Positions 47,702 to 58,741 of a stretch of 64,000 nt of DNA are shown here, piece after piece. Source of the stretch: an uncultured Nitrososphaeraceae archaeon. Lineage in GTDB: Archaea > Thermoproteota > Nitrososphaeria > Nitrososphaerales > Nitrososphaeraceae. The stretch covers positions 1 to 64,000 of the forward strand of contig CAWGVG010000014.1 of assembly GCA_963825865.1 (NCBI GenBank), given 5' to 3'. The position numbers and the translations under genes were made by a program. Position 1 is the first letter of the stretch, and each line of letters starts with the position of its first letter. The notes under the pieces were generated by a model, which had not been told where the DNA came from, did not search any database, and was given only the letters and a program-made list of their open reading frames with translations.

Positions 47702-48972
47702 TTTTTCAACCTTTGTCTGACAGCTTCATAATGATTCATCAATCCTTCAGCCACGGCGAGCTCTTTAACTGCTGATTGGACTCTTTTCAAACCTGACTTG
47801 GTTGATTGAACAGTATTTACAATCTTTATAAAGTCTAGGACGGAAAGTGATCCCCTGGATTTTCCGAATCCCATTGTGGGCAGAACATGATTAGTACCAA
47901 GGCAATAATCACTAGCTGAAGATGGAGTGTATTTTCCAATCAATACAAGTCCTGCTGACGTTATTTTCTTTGAAATGAATCTAGCATTCTCTGCAATTAT
48001 TTCTAGGTGTTCTGGTGCTACTTCATTTACAAATTCTATCGCAGTAGATTCATTTTTACAGATCGCAATAAATCCGTTTTCTTGCAGGCTTTTCTTGACT
48101 ATTTCTGCACGCGTGATAATGTTTTTTTCGAGGATGGACTCGATATTATTTGTTACTTGTACTGCTAATTCTTTATAATTTGTTACTAAACCACAGAATG
48201 TATCATAACTGTGTTCTGCTTGCGAAATTAAATCCAAAGCGACAAGTTTTGGATCAGCATTTGAATCTGCATAAACTAATAATTCCGTTGGACCAGCAAT
48301 CATATCTACTGAAACTCTGCTAGAGGCAAGAATTTTTGCAATAGTGACAAACATTCCTCCTGGGCCGACAATTTTGCTAACCTTGTTGATAGTTGAAGTC
48401 CCAAAAGTCAAAGCGGCAATTCCTTGAGCACCACCGGCCTTGTAAAACTCATCAACACCACAAATATCTGCGGCTACAAGGGTCAGAGGATCTACAGTTC
48501 CATCTTTGAGCGGAGGTGAAATTGCTACTATTCTTTCCACTCCAGCAACTTTGGCAGGGATTGCGCACATTACTGCGGTGCTAGGATACCGTGCTTTTCC
48601 ACCAGGTATATAACATCCAACACTGGGAATTGGTTGAACAAACCGTTGGATTCTTACTCCTTCTGACGAAATTGCAATTCCTTGCAAACGTCTTAGGAGC
48701 ACCATCTCATTCCTCAACAATCGCTCTTTCATCATCTTGATGGATTGAATCTGTTTCTTGGTAACCTTGTTATAAGCTTGCAGAATTTCTTCCTCTGTAA
48801 CTTTTAATGAACTTAATTGAACGCCGTCAAGCTTTTCAGTATAGGCGATAACTGCAGAATCACCATATTTTTCTACATCATCCATTATCGATTTTGTTTT
48901 TTGGATCAAGTCCTCTGAAATACAAGTAAAATTGCGTAATTTTGCTGCCAGTAGATTTTGCATTAGTAACAA
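47698..48972 (-). CDS. hisD: Histidinol dehydrogenase
   Basis: YIPGG, AGPTE, SQAEH, APEHL, NHVLPT. Confidence 0.96.
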   Translation of the reverse strand: MLLMQNLLAAKLRNFTCISEDLIQKTKSIMDDVEKYGDSAVIAYTEKLDGVQLSSLKVTEEEILQAYNKVTKKQIQSIKMMKERLLRNEMVLLRRLQGIAISSEGVRIQRFVQPIPSVGCYIPGGKARYPSTAVMCAIPAKVAGVERIVAISPPLKDGTVDPLTLVAADICGVDEFYKAGGAQGIAALTFGTSTINKVSKIVGPGGMFVTIAKILASSRVSVDMIAGPTELLVYADSNADPKLVALDLISQAEHSYDTFCGLVTNYKELAVQVTNNIESILEKNIITRAEIVKKSLQENGFIAICKNESTAIEFVNEVAPEHLEIIAENARFISKKITSAGLVLIGKYTPSSASDYCLGTNHVLPTMGFGKSRGSLSVLDFIKIVNTVQSTKSGLKRVQSAVKELAVAEGLMNHYEAVRQRLKK

Positions 48973-48984
48973 CTATTGTCTTTA

Positions 48985-49962
48985 TCAAGAATTCTCATCT
49001 ACATTTATCTCATCCAGGGGTAGAATCTGTCTTGTCTCCATTACAACAAGACCTTGTGCGATCTTCCTCATTATTGGAACTATTTTGATAAATTCGTTCT
49101 TGTCAATAATTGTGTTAATTCCATACCATCCTTCCTGACTTAACGGACTAATTGTCGGTTTTTTTAATGCAGGCATATTTTTGAGCAATTTGTCGAGATT
49201 TTCTTTCTTCACATTGACAAAAATATGGAGTTTTTTGCGGCCTTCAACTGCCCCCTTTAATAATGCGATCATATCTGCAATCTTTTCTCTCTTTTTAGGA
49301 TCTTTGAGAGCATTTTTGTTTGCTACAAGGACAGCGGTAGATTCCATTACTGTATCAATTATTTTCAAATTATTTTGTGCCAAGGTAGTTCCAGTTTCGG
49401 TTATATCAAAAATTGCATCGACGTCTTCTGGAGGCTTCGCTTCTGTAGCTCCAAAGGAAAGAAATATCTGAACATTTTTGTTTTTTCCAAATCTCAACCA
49501 TGGAGTGATGATCAATGGGTCATCATCTCCAAAATACTTTTGATAAGCATGATTTGATTTAATATGAGAAGCTCCCGTAGTAAGATACTCTGAAGAGAAT
49601 CTCAGGGGTTTATTTTTCTTTGCATATTCTGTAATTAAACCTGTCAAGTCTTTGACCTCATAATTTTCTGGAATTGCTATTACCTGTCTTACTCGTCCAT
49701 ACTCTAAATCAAGCAATGTCTTAACATCTGCTTTGGCTTCTCTAATCCAGTCCTTGCCTGTTATTCCAACATCATAGAATCCTTCTTGCACATAAGTTGG
49801 AATTTCCTGAGGTCTTAAGACTTTGACTTCTATTTCAGGATCACTGAGTCTAATTCTATATGTGCGTCCGCGGCCACTAAGGGAGTGCCATGCCTGTTCG
49901 AGAATTTTGAATGTGGCATCCTCAATGCTGCCCTTTGGAACTGCAAATTTCACCGTAGGCAT
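48985..49962 (-). CDS. hisG: ATP phosphoribosyltransferase (long form)
   Basis: AVPKGS, DVGITGKD, GATE, ETGTTL, C-terminal PTISPL. Confidence 0.96.
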   Translation of the reverse strand: MPTVKFAVPKGSIEDATFKILEQAWHSLSGRGRTYRIRLSDPEIEVKVLRPQEIPTYVQEGFYDVGITGKDWIREAKADVKTLLDLEYGRVRQVIAIPENYEVKDLTGLITEYAKKNKPLRFSSEYLTTGASHIKSNHAYQKYFGDDDPLIITPWLRFGKNKNVQIFLSFGATEAKPPEDVDAIFDITETGTTLAQNNLKIIDTVMESTAVLVANKNALKDPKKREKIADMIALLKGAVEGRKKLHIFVNVKKENLDKLLKNMPALKKPTISPLSQEGWYGINTIIDKNEFIKIVPIMRKIAQGLVVMETRQILPLDEINVDENS

Positions 49963-50129
49963 GATAACAATTGAGCAAACCATATTATCGGATATATATT
50001 TATAGAGCCGTCAAAGGCGGATCATGTTGCTTCTGCTCGTATGAACTTAACCGTTATGAGTATTCTCATCTTTAATACTGCTATTGTAAATGTTAGAATA
50101 TCTAGGATGTAGGCAGGTACTTTCAAAAT

Positions 50130-51414
50130 TTAATTAGTAGACCTGCTTCTACCCGTACTCTGCAACATTACAAGAATTTCCTTTGCCCTGTCTACAGTAA
50201 TATTGCCCTCGTCAGCCATTCTCTTGGCAATCACATCAATCAGTCCTCCTTTAGCTCCTGCCAACGAAGCAATATTTTTAGCGTGGAGTCTCATGTGGCC
50301 TTTTTGGATACCTTCTGAAGCTAAAGCTCTGATGGCAGACAAATTTTGAGCGAGACCAATTGAAGCTATTATCATTGCAAGTTCTCTGGCAGTTTTAACA
50401 CCTAGAATTTTTAATGCCATTTTAGCCATCGGATGAATCGACACAATACCGCCCACAATTCCAACAGCCATTGGTAATTCTATTTCCCCTGCTAAATTGC
50501 CTTCTTTAGTTTTATGCCATGTAGTTAGTGATCGATAAGTTCCATTTCTAGAGGCATACGCGTGAGCTCCTGCTTCAATTGCACGAAAGTCCTGTCCTGT
50601 AGCCAAGGCAACCGCATCAATGCCATTCATTATTCCTTTATTATGAGTTACAGCTCGATATATATCAGAATATGCAAACGCATATGCATATAATATTCGC
50701 TCCACAGTGCCCTCACCTCCCAGCTCCTTTTTATCAAAAATAGCATTGCATTTTACAAGCCTTCTGGTTGCATAGTTTGAAAGGATTTTCACGATAACAG
50801 ACCCTCCTGTTAACTCCTCTACTTTTGGGGCTATTGCTTCGCACATCGTATTTATTATATTAGCACCCATTGCATCCTTAGTATCAATAATTAATTCTAC
50901 CAGCAGCATATCTCCCATTCTGTTTTTACTTTCGTCTTGTAATTTTCTGATTTGCAGATCTTTTGCAATTACATATCTGCTCTTTGAATTTGCTATCATA
51001 AGTAACCCTGTTTTATTCATTAAAATCCTCTGTTTTGCTGACTCGATAGATATGGGTAATGAAATTACCTGCACTTGACCTATCATTAATGATTCGGTTG
51101 CCTGTGCTGTAAAACCACCGGTTGATTTTGCGATCTTGGCTGCTTTGCTTGCAGGCAGCAATCACTGAGGGTTCTTCTATAGCCATTGGAATAATGTACT
51201 CTTTGCCATTAATCACGAAATTTGTTGCTATACCAAGAGGAACAACTAGCATTCCGATTGCATTTTCTATCATTCGATTGGCATCATCAAAGGTAAAACC
51301 TGATAATGGATCCCTTAGTACATCAATATCTCGCACCGATAGGCCTACTGCTTTTTTTAGATACTGTAAACGTTCGTGCCTATCCATTTCATGCAGCTTT
51401 CTTCCTGTTATCAA
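50130..51414 (-). CDS. HMG-CoA reductase (class II), split near 51153
   Basis: ENAIG, EEPSV, DAMGAN, THNKGIMNG, GIQKGHM. Confidence 0.94.
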
Positions 51415-51603
51415 GACAATATACCATTACATACGTTGTAAAAATAAGGATTTAAAATCTTGTATTACCGAAGTCAAAATACTGTTCATTTACTGTTATG
51501 AGCAGGGAATCCTGTTAATTTTATTAGTTGACTTACAGATCGTCAATCAAATTAATGTTGCTATAGTATGAACACACCCTTGAAAAGACATCTATTGAAA
51601 TTG

Positions 51604-51804
51604 TCAACGGTTAAGGGAACTTTTAAAGCCTGAATTATTATTAGTATGTAAATACTTACTATTAGTATCACTGTTGTTATTACTGCTAGAAGTATTACCA
51701 GGTTTAGGTATGGGTATAGTAGTATCGGATCGTGTCACGAAAATTGTCGCAATACCAGCCACAATTAACGCGATAGCTATAATGACCAACGTTTGATTCA
51801 TCAT
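51604..51804 (-). CDS. Small single-pass membrane protein
   Basis: N-terminal hydrophobic helix and S/N-rich tail. Confidence 0.45.
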   Translation of the reverse strand: MMNQTLVIIAIALIVAGIATIFVTRSDTTIPIPKPGNTSSSNNNSDTNSKYLHTNNNSGFKSSLNR

Positions 51805-51872
51805 TATCTACCGATCAATAGATATGGGAAGGTTTTTAATGTAACCCCGCATCCTCTGATAGTAGTATTATT

Positions 51873-52968
51873 ATGAAAGTTTCTGAGATTATGGCAGACA
51901 AAGTTCTGAGCCTAAATTCAGAAGATACAGTTGCAAAAGCGTTAAGCCTGATGCATGAAAATAACATTAACCAGATACCAACAGTTGATGATAATGGAAA
52001 GTATCTAGGAATGATATATGCTAAGGAATTCCTTGGCATAAACACTAATCCTACTTCGAAATTGAAAAGTTTTCTTACCAAAACGCCAATTTTGAGTCCA
52101 GAAGAGAACATTGAAAGATGCACTCATCTAATTGTGATAACCGGAAATCATGCATTACCAGTTGTTGAGAACGGAAAATTCAGCAGTATCGTTTCAGATC
52201 AGGATGTAATATTGACAGCAGATTTCGGTCATGCCATAGTGGATGAAGTTATGTCTGGCGCAATAGTAATTGAAGAGGATACTACACTAAGCAACGCACT
52301 GTCAAAGATGAGGCGATACAATATTTCTCGACTTCCAGTAATTAATCCGAATGGTGTTCTTACAGGTATAATTAATTCTTTAGATGTATCTAAAATCATT
52401 GCTACCCCAAGAGAAAGAGCTAGTAAATCTCCTGGTGTTGGCACTTTGGCTGCGAGAAGGGATGTTAAAGTCAAAGATATTATGAGAAGAGCAATATCGG
52501 TTGAAAGAGGAACCAAGCTTAATAGCATAGTCGAAAGTTTTAGGAGGAATGAGGAAATTATTGTTGTTGGGAACAGAAGACCGATTGGTATAGTTACTAT
52601 CAAAGATGCATTAGAATTAATACTACCAAAGCGAACCGAGACTATAATCCATGTCGCACATCTTGATAATGAGGAAGCACGCCAAGAAATTGAAGAATAC
52701 ATGACCAAATTTTTAAAGAAAATTCAAGGTAAACTGGAAAACGTGCAGCATGTAATCATTTATGCAGACAAGCATAAGACGCGAAAGTATTCTGTTAGAG
52801 CGAGAGTGATTACTGGCAAAGGCATAATTGATGCAAAAGCTGTGGGTTATGATGTACTTAAGCGCCTGTAAAGAATTAGTTTCCAGGCTCGACAGGCAAA
52901 TCAAGTCTAAACACAGCCAAAAAATAAGAGATAGGCAGCATAGGCAATCTCCTAGGACGACTGCCTGA
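51873..52968 (+). CDS. Four-CBS protein with C-terminal HPF/RaiA-like domain, frameshift near 52860
   Basis: Two CBS pairs, then IHVAHL...EEYMTKFLKKI...YSVRARVITGKGIIDAKAVGYDVL-SACKELVSRLDRQIK. Confidence 0.78.
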
Positions 52969-52992
52969 GGGGCAATAATAATAACATAAATG

Positions 52993-53127
52993 TGGCGCAG
53001 ATGAGGAGATTTGAACTCCTGATCGCCCGAGGGCGAATCGGCTTGCTTTCAGTCATTGGACTCAAGGCCGACGCAATAATGCGTTCTCATATTCTTTAGA
53101 TAGAGAAGACCACTCTGCCACATCTGC
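52993..53127 (-). tRNA. tRNA-Ser(TGA) with two introns (D-loop 20/21: 53078-53108; 37/38: 53044-53060), CCA encoded
   Basis: Acceptor GCAGATG/CATCTGC, anticodon stem TCGGC/GCCGA, long variable arm TCGCCC/GGGCGA, T-loop TTCAAAT, GCCA end; relaxed BHB motifs. Confidence 0.92.
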
Positions 53128-53431
53128 TTGCTCATTACGTCACCCCTACTTATTATTATATGTTAATTGTTAGTATGGATGATAATAATAATAATAATGA
53201 TCAGCCTGGAATCACCACAACATACACCCTTCATCTCTGGCTCAAAACTAAGCAAAGTTAAAGCAATATATCTCCATCTAATTTGCCATGGTATTGTGTT
53301 GTTGAGGACAAATTGTGTAATTTACATGTGTGGAAAAATGTAGATGAGCAATATTTATCATTATAAATGGGTTATGAAGTTGTAGTAACATGTGTCGACT
53401 AGTTTTGGTCAATGGTGTGTGCTGATAGAAT

Positions 53432-54571
53432 ATGTCTTCAAACAATCTTAGAACTATGATTTCAATAAACAAGCCTTCGATAGGTGAAGAAGAAAGAAAT
53501 GAAATAAGGAGTGTTTTAGATGAAAATGCCTTAACCTCCTCAGCTAAAGATGGTGGAAAAAGAGTTCGCGATTTTGAATCCCTTTTAAGGGATTACCTAA
53601 AGGCGAAACATGTAATAGCTGTTAATTCTGGAACTGCGTCGTTGTATGCAGCATTACTTGCAGCAGATGTCAAACAAGGCGATGAGGTTTTACTTCCATC
53701 ATTTACATTTGTTGCTACCGCAAACTCTGTAGTGGCAGCTGGTGCAAAACCCATCTTTGTAGATATCAATGTGCAAGATTATACTGTTGATGTCTCAGAT
53801 TTAAAGGCAAAAATTACAAGCAAGTCTAAAGCCATTATACCTGTCCACCTGTATGGTCATCCTTCAGAGATGGATGAAATTATCGAACTCGCTGAAAAAC
53901 ATTCACTACATATAATTGAAGATGCTTGCCAGTCACTTGGCTCTATATACAAAAAGAAACTTACTGGAACTTTAGGTATGATGGGCTGCTTTAGTCTATA
54001 TGCAAGCAAAGTATTGACGTGCGGTGAAGGTGGAGCGGTTGCGACAAATAATGATAATCTTGCAGACAAGCTAAAGATGATTAGAAATCATGGTATGGTT
54101 GAAGGATACGATACCCGAATTTTGGGTCTTAACCTCAGGTTGCCAGAACTGAGCGCTGCTATTGCCAAGGCTCAAATGAGCAAGCTGCAAAAAATGTTAG
54201 ATTCAAGGAGAAAAAATGCAGAACTGCTGACAAAATTACTCTTTCCTATTGTTGATAAAAGTAAAATAAGGCTCCCTGAAGAAACTGATGAAAAAAAATT
54301 CAATTGGTATCTATATACCGTCGCCTTTCAAAATAACGGTCAAAGAGACCAAGTCAAAGAGAGAATGATAAACGATAAAATTGGTGTTACCGTATACTAT
54401 GACCCTCCAGTTCACAAGACCCCATATTATGAAACTCTACCTCCATTAACGAAAAATAACCTATCTAAAACTAACTGGGCCAGTGAACACGTTCTATCTC
54501 TTCCTGTTCATCCATTTGTAACAGAGCAAGATATTGAACGTATAGCACAAAGTATTAGAGAAAACACGTAA
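53432..54571 (+). CDS. DegT/DnrJ/EryC1/StrS PLP-dependent aminotransferase
   Basis: NSGT, PVHLYG, IEDACQS, SLYASK..GEGG. Confidence 0.93.
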   Translation: MSSNNLRTMISINKPSIGEEERNEIRSVLDENALTSSAKDGGKRVRDFESLLRDYLKAKHVIAVNSGTASLYAALLAADVKQGDEVLLPSFTFVATANSVVAAGAKPIFVDINVQDYTVDVSDLKAKITSKSKAIIPVHLYGHPSEMDEIIELAEKHSLHIIEDACQSLGSIYKKKLTGTLGMMGCFSLYASKVLTCGEGGAVATNNDNLADKLKMIRNHGMVEGYDTRILGLNLRLPELSAAIAKAQMSKLQKMLDSRRKNAELLTKLLFPIVDKSKIRLPEETDEKKFNWYLYTVAFQNNGQRDQVKERMINDKIGVTVYYDPPVHKTPYYETLPPLTKNNLSKTNWASEHVLSLPVHPFVTEQDIERIAQSIRENT

Positions 54572-55005
54572 GCACACACTACGACAAAATAACGTAAATG
54601 ATTAATTTTAGTTCTATAGACTTATTTTCTATTCAATCTCATTGGTAAATAGATAATAGTATACTTTTTCTACATATATCAATAGCAAAGAATGACAAGT
54701 TATGTAAAAGGTTAATGTCGAATAAGTAGGTTATTATTATTATTGACTATACTAATACTCATCTTCTGCTTCTGTATTAATGCACAATAGCAGGAATATC
54801 TGTAGCACCCAGTTAATTATAATTTCAAAACTAACCATTGTTGTGAAGATATGCAGGAATAAATGGCGTTGAATGATCAAAAAGAAGTGGAAATATTATG
54901 TAATGCAAGACAGGACATGCTAGCTAGCTGGCTAACAAGCAAGTCTTCTCCTTACTTTCCGATTTATAAAATCTTTTTAATAATGTATTTATAATTTGTT
55001 TCGGA

Positions 55006-56187
55006 GTGAGGCTAATAATATACACAGGCAAGGGCGGGACCGGAAAGACCGTAACTTCATGTTCTACTGCAATTAAACTTGCCGAACATAATTATAAAAC
55101 ATTGGTGATTTCTGCTGATCCCGCTCATACTTTAGGCGATGCTTTTATGATACAAGATATCGGCAACGAGCCAAAAGAAGTTCTTTCGAATTTGTATGCA
55201 TTACAAATAGACCCTGTAACCGAAATGAACAAACAATATGCTACAATTTTATCTTATGTCGCATCAATATTTTCTGCAAAGGGTATAGATGAAACGCTTG
55301 CATATGAAATTGCTATGTTGCCTGGAATGACCCAGCTATTTTCATTGTTAAAAATTGACGAAGTTGTGCGAACAAAAATATTTGATTCAGTAGTTCTCGA
55401 TATGCCTGCATCTGGCGAGGCTTTACGATACCTGTACTTTCCAAAATTAGTTGGAAGTATTGGAAGAAAATTCACTGGAATGTTTGGAATGTTTAGCGGA
55501 GTTGCCAGAATGTTCCAGCCTTTGTCAAAAATTCCAACTCCTTCGAGAAACGTTTTACAAAGCGAAGTAGAATTATTGGATAGGCTTGAAGCGCTGTCAG
55601 AAATTATAAGAATGCATGATATAACAAGTTTAAGGCTGGTTGCGAATCCTGATACATTCAGTATAGAGAATGCGAAGCGAGCATTTGTTTCAGCCTCACT
55701 TTATGGTATAAACGTTGACCTTGCTGTAATTAATAAAATCATGCCAAGTGGGAGTTCTGACGAGTATTATGCGTCATGGTCTGATTTTCAAAGATCAAAA
55801 CTAGAAGAAGCAAAGGCAAATTTCTACCCACTTCCGATAAAGGAAATCAAGCTTCATGGTAGTGAATTACGTGGGGTTGAAATGCTACAAATGAATGGGG
55901 AATTGATGTTTGGGAACGAGGATCCAGCCAAGATATTTTACCGAGGAAAGGCATTTGTATTCACAACTGAGGACTCTGAGTTGCATATGATAGTCAAGGT
56001 TCCATTTACTGAAAAGGACGACTTTGATATAGAAAGATATGGAGACCAACTTACAATAAAGGTAAAAAATCCTGTTGGAAACCTCGTTAATGTTATACCT
56101 TTGCCCTCTGCTACAATAGGGATGAAACTTGTCAAAGCAAAACTTCAAGGGGATGAACTAGATATACTGTTTAAAAAAGGTGTTTGA
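55006..56187 (+). CDS. ArsA/GET3-family ATPase with C-terminal HSP20-like domain
   Basis: GKGGTGKT, DPAH; C-terminal beta-sandwich ending AKLQGDELDILF. Confidence 0.88.
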   Translation: MRLIIYTGKGGTGKTVTSCSTAIKLAEHNYKTLVISADPAHTLGDAFMIQDIGNEPKEVLSNLYALQIDPVTEMNKQYATILSYVASIFSAKGIDETLAYEIAMLPGMTQLFSLLKIDEVVRTKIFDSVVLDMPASGEALRYLYFPKLVGSIGRKFTGMFGMFSGVARMFQPLSKIPTPSRNVLQSEVELLDRLEALSEIIRMHDITSLRLVANPDTFSIENAKRAFVSASLYGINVDLAVINKIMPSGSSDEYYASWSDFQRSKLEEAKANFYPLPIKEIKLHGSELRGVEMLQMNGELMFGNEDPAKIFYRGKAFVFTTEDSELHMIVKVPFTEKDDFDIERYGDQLTIKVKNPVGNLVNVIPLPSATIGMKLVKAKLQGDELDILFKKGV

Positions 56188-56296
56188 TATGGGGATTTTT
56201 TCTAGACACGTCTGTCACGTTGTATACAAATTAGCCATAGGCGGTTTTCTCACGTATCGTTTAAATATTATGTAACTTGATTATTCTCAGATAAAT

Positions 56297-56834
56297 ATGC
56301 CTATAGATCCAGACTTTCCCAGAAATCATCAAGTAATAGGTAAGCATACGCTTTCTGATGGTGAACACTACCATTATGTTTGGGGCCCAGGAAAATTAGC
56401 CGAGGCTGCGGAAAATGAAGAGGTAAAATCAGCTTATTCTGCCAGGGGAGAAGAAGTTGCTCCGCTAGGAGTACATGGTACTATGGTCGCAGTTGACTGG
56501 GATTCTTGTGTAGCTGACGGTGCTTGTATTGAAGCCTGTCCGGTACAAGTCTTTAAGTGGTATCGAACGGAACAAGATGTTCCCGCTACAGAGGTAAACA
56601 CTACTACGAGCGCTGGAACTGGTAGCACCGTTAAAGAAGAGAGAAAGGACTACACAGATAAAGCTGATCCAATTAGAGAACACGATTGTATTTGGTGTAT
56701 GGCTTGTGTTTCGGTATGCCCACCTCAGGCAGTCAAGGTTGATCAGTCTAAGCTTGGAATTTCATGAGAAGGCAGCCGGAACATTCAACGAGGCTCTCTC
56801 TAAAGGCAGTGCACCGCCACCTCACGCGCATTAA
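56297..56834 (+). CDS. zfx: Zinc-containing 7Fe ferredoxin, frameshift near 56751
   Basis: His-containing N-terminal extension, CVADGACIEACP and CIWCMACVSVCP. Confidence 0.88.
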
Positions 56835-57043
56835 AAGCTACCTTTTTACTTTATTTTTTCCTCGTAAATGTTTTTTTGCTCTTTGTAATTATTAAACGAC
56901 GCCATTAAAAAAAGCTCTCCAATCTGGTATAATGATGTAGAGAATTAAATACGGGCCCTCTTTTCACACTTCTTACAAAATGTTATATATATTTTATATG
57001 AAACGTCTTATAACCATGACGAGCAATTCTGTATGAAAAAGTT

Positions 57044-57220
57044 TTGAGCACAGTAGGAACAATGGGTTCTATAATTGTAGGGGTAATAGTGTTGATCGTG
57101 ATAATTGCAATTATCGTGTTTCTGATAAAGTTGCTTGCACCGATCATTGTAGGTCTTGTAATTTTAGCGATAATAGTTGGTGTAGGATTTTGGATATATG
57201 GGAGGATAAAAGCGAGATAG
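57044..57220 (+). CDS. Small two-helix membrane protein (58 aa, not in the ORF track)
   Basis: MSTVGTMGSIIVGVIVLIVIIAIIVFLIKLLAPIIVGLVILAIIVGVGFWIYGRIKAR. Confidence 0.65.
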   Translation: MSTVGTMGSIIVGVIVLIVIIAIIVFLIKLLAPIIVGLVILAIIVGVGFWIYGRIKAR

Positions 57221-57439
57221 CTTTCTACTGCTCCTTCTGCTGTAATGCGATAAGAAAACACAGAATATTCTTTGGTTGACAAAGACAAACACAGAATATT
57301 TACAAGGGCGATTGTTGATAGCTGGCAAACTGCCGGCTTTGGTTATCTAAACTCTCCGTAAACTATATTACGGCTATAATAGATGATTGACATTCCTTGT
57401 TAAACGTTAAATCAGGGTTAACTTATCGATAACTCGGCT

Positions 57440-58039
57440 ATGGTGGTAGTAGCGGATTCTTATATGGGCATGTTCTTACCCTTGAATATCTCTCATAGAA
57501 TTTCGGAGTTTATTGCCGATGATGCCATAGAATTTCCATTCATAAAGAAAGATGAGATAATGGCAACATTCTACCTATTTGGAAAAGACTGTGGAGTAAA
57601 CGGAGAAACGGAAATACTGGTTGCAACTGATTTAGCAAAAAGAACTATTGAGCTAATAACTAGAGATGTAAGAGTATTTCATACCATGCCAAATAAAATT
57701 CGGCCTGATTTTATACGTGAAAATTACATTAGAAGGGCTTTGCAAATTTCTATCGAACTACAGAATACTCATTTGTTTGATTTGTCTGAAACAAACAAAC
57801 GCATTGCTAATGATCCAACCATTCTGTCGACCTGCTTTGCACAACATATTGCATACTATAAACAAGATTACTTTTTTGAGTTATTCCAGCCATTCAAAGA
57901 AAAGGAGCTCCCTCTATCCATAAGAAAGAAACTTCAAGGAAGGATGTTATTGCTCGGATTCAATGTAAAAGATTCCAGATTATTACCATTTGAAAATACA
58001 CTTACTCCTTTCATAAGGTGGATGATAAAGACCAGCTAA
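57440..58039 (+). CDS. Hypothetical protein
   Basis: Intact 199-aa ORF; no recognised motif. Confidence 0.7.
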   Translation: MVVVADSYMGMFLPLNISHRISEFIADDAIEFPFIKKDEIMATFYLFGKDCGVNGETEILVATDLAKRTIELITRDVRVFHTMPNKIRPDFIRENYIRRALQISIELQNTHLFDLSETNKRIANDPTILSTCFAQHIAYYKQDYFFELFQPFKEKELPLSIRKKLQGRMLLLGFNVKDSRLLPFENTLTPFIRWMIKTS

Positions 58040-58192
58040 TAAAAAAGCTCATTTTGGATTAAAGTTTTGGCATTAGTCTGATATAATTTTTTTAAATGAG
58101 GTGCCCAATACTGTGTGTTATCTTTGACACAATTTGCGTAACCGAAAAATATAAAATAACACAATATGGTTTGTTATCGATTCACAAGATCA

Positions 58193-58708
58193 TCAAAAGT
58201 TTGAAGAATAGTCAATAACTCTTACCATGTTTTTGACGTCAAAAACCATCACTTCTTTTGGAAGATTGATAGTCAATACACGCTCATCAGGAGGATTGTA
58301 TTTTAGAACATGCACCAAAATATCTGTTCCCAGCCTTTTCACACTTCGTTTTTCGATTATAATCTCTGGATCAAATAGCGCGTCGAAGGTGAAAAAGTAT
58401 GTTCCACCCCACACATTTATAGAATATTCTACCTTGTAGTACGGAATTGACATTCTAGGAAACCTCAGGTTAGTTGATCCATGAATGTTTTCAGATTTAT
58501 CATACATCCTTGCATGAAAGTCATCAATAAATGGAACTTTTGAGAAAACACTTGATTTTAAAGATTTTCTCATACATATTATTGTATACCTCTTAAATTC
58601 CTCATTTGGCAAGGTTGCTGGACCATATTTTGCATCATCATGCAAAGAAATTCGACGATTAACAAGGAATTTTTCGGAAGTTTCAATCAACCTACGAATA
58701 TTTTCCAC
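58193..58708 (-). CDS. Hypothetical protein
   Basis: Intact 171-aa ORF. Confidence 0.65.
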   Translation of the reverse strand: MENIRRLIETSEKFLVNRRISLHDDAKYGPATLPNEEFKRYTIICMRKSLKSSVFSKVPFIDDFHARMYDKSENIHGSTNLRFPRMSIPYYKVEYSINVWGGTYFFTFDALFDPEIIIEKRSVKRLGTDILVHVLKYNPPDERVLTINLPKEVMVFDVKNMVRVIDYSSNF

Positions 58709-58741
58709 GAACTGCTGCCTCGTTACACTCGTAAAGAGGCA

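Noticed and set aside
56983-57288. Minus-strand 101-aa ORF
   Set aside because: Antisense to a more plausible small membrane protein gene at 57044-57220.
58113-58163. TGTGTTAT...ATAACACA inverted repeat between convergent genes
   Set aside because: Only 8 bp; cannot distinguish a terminator or operator from chance.
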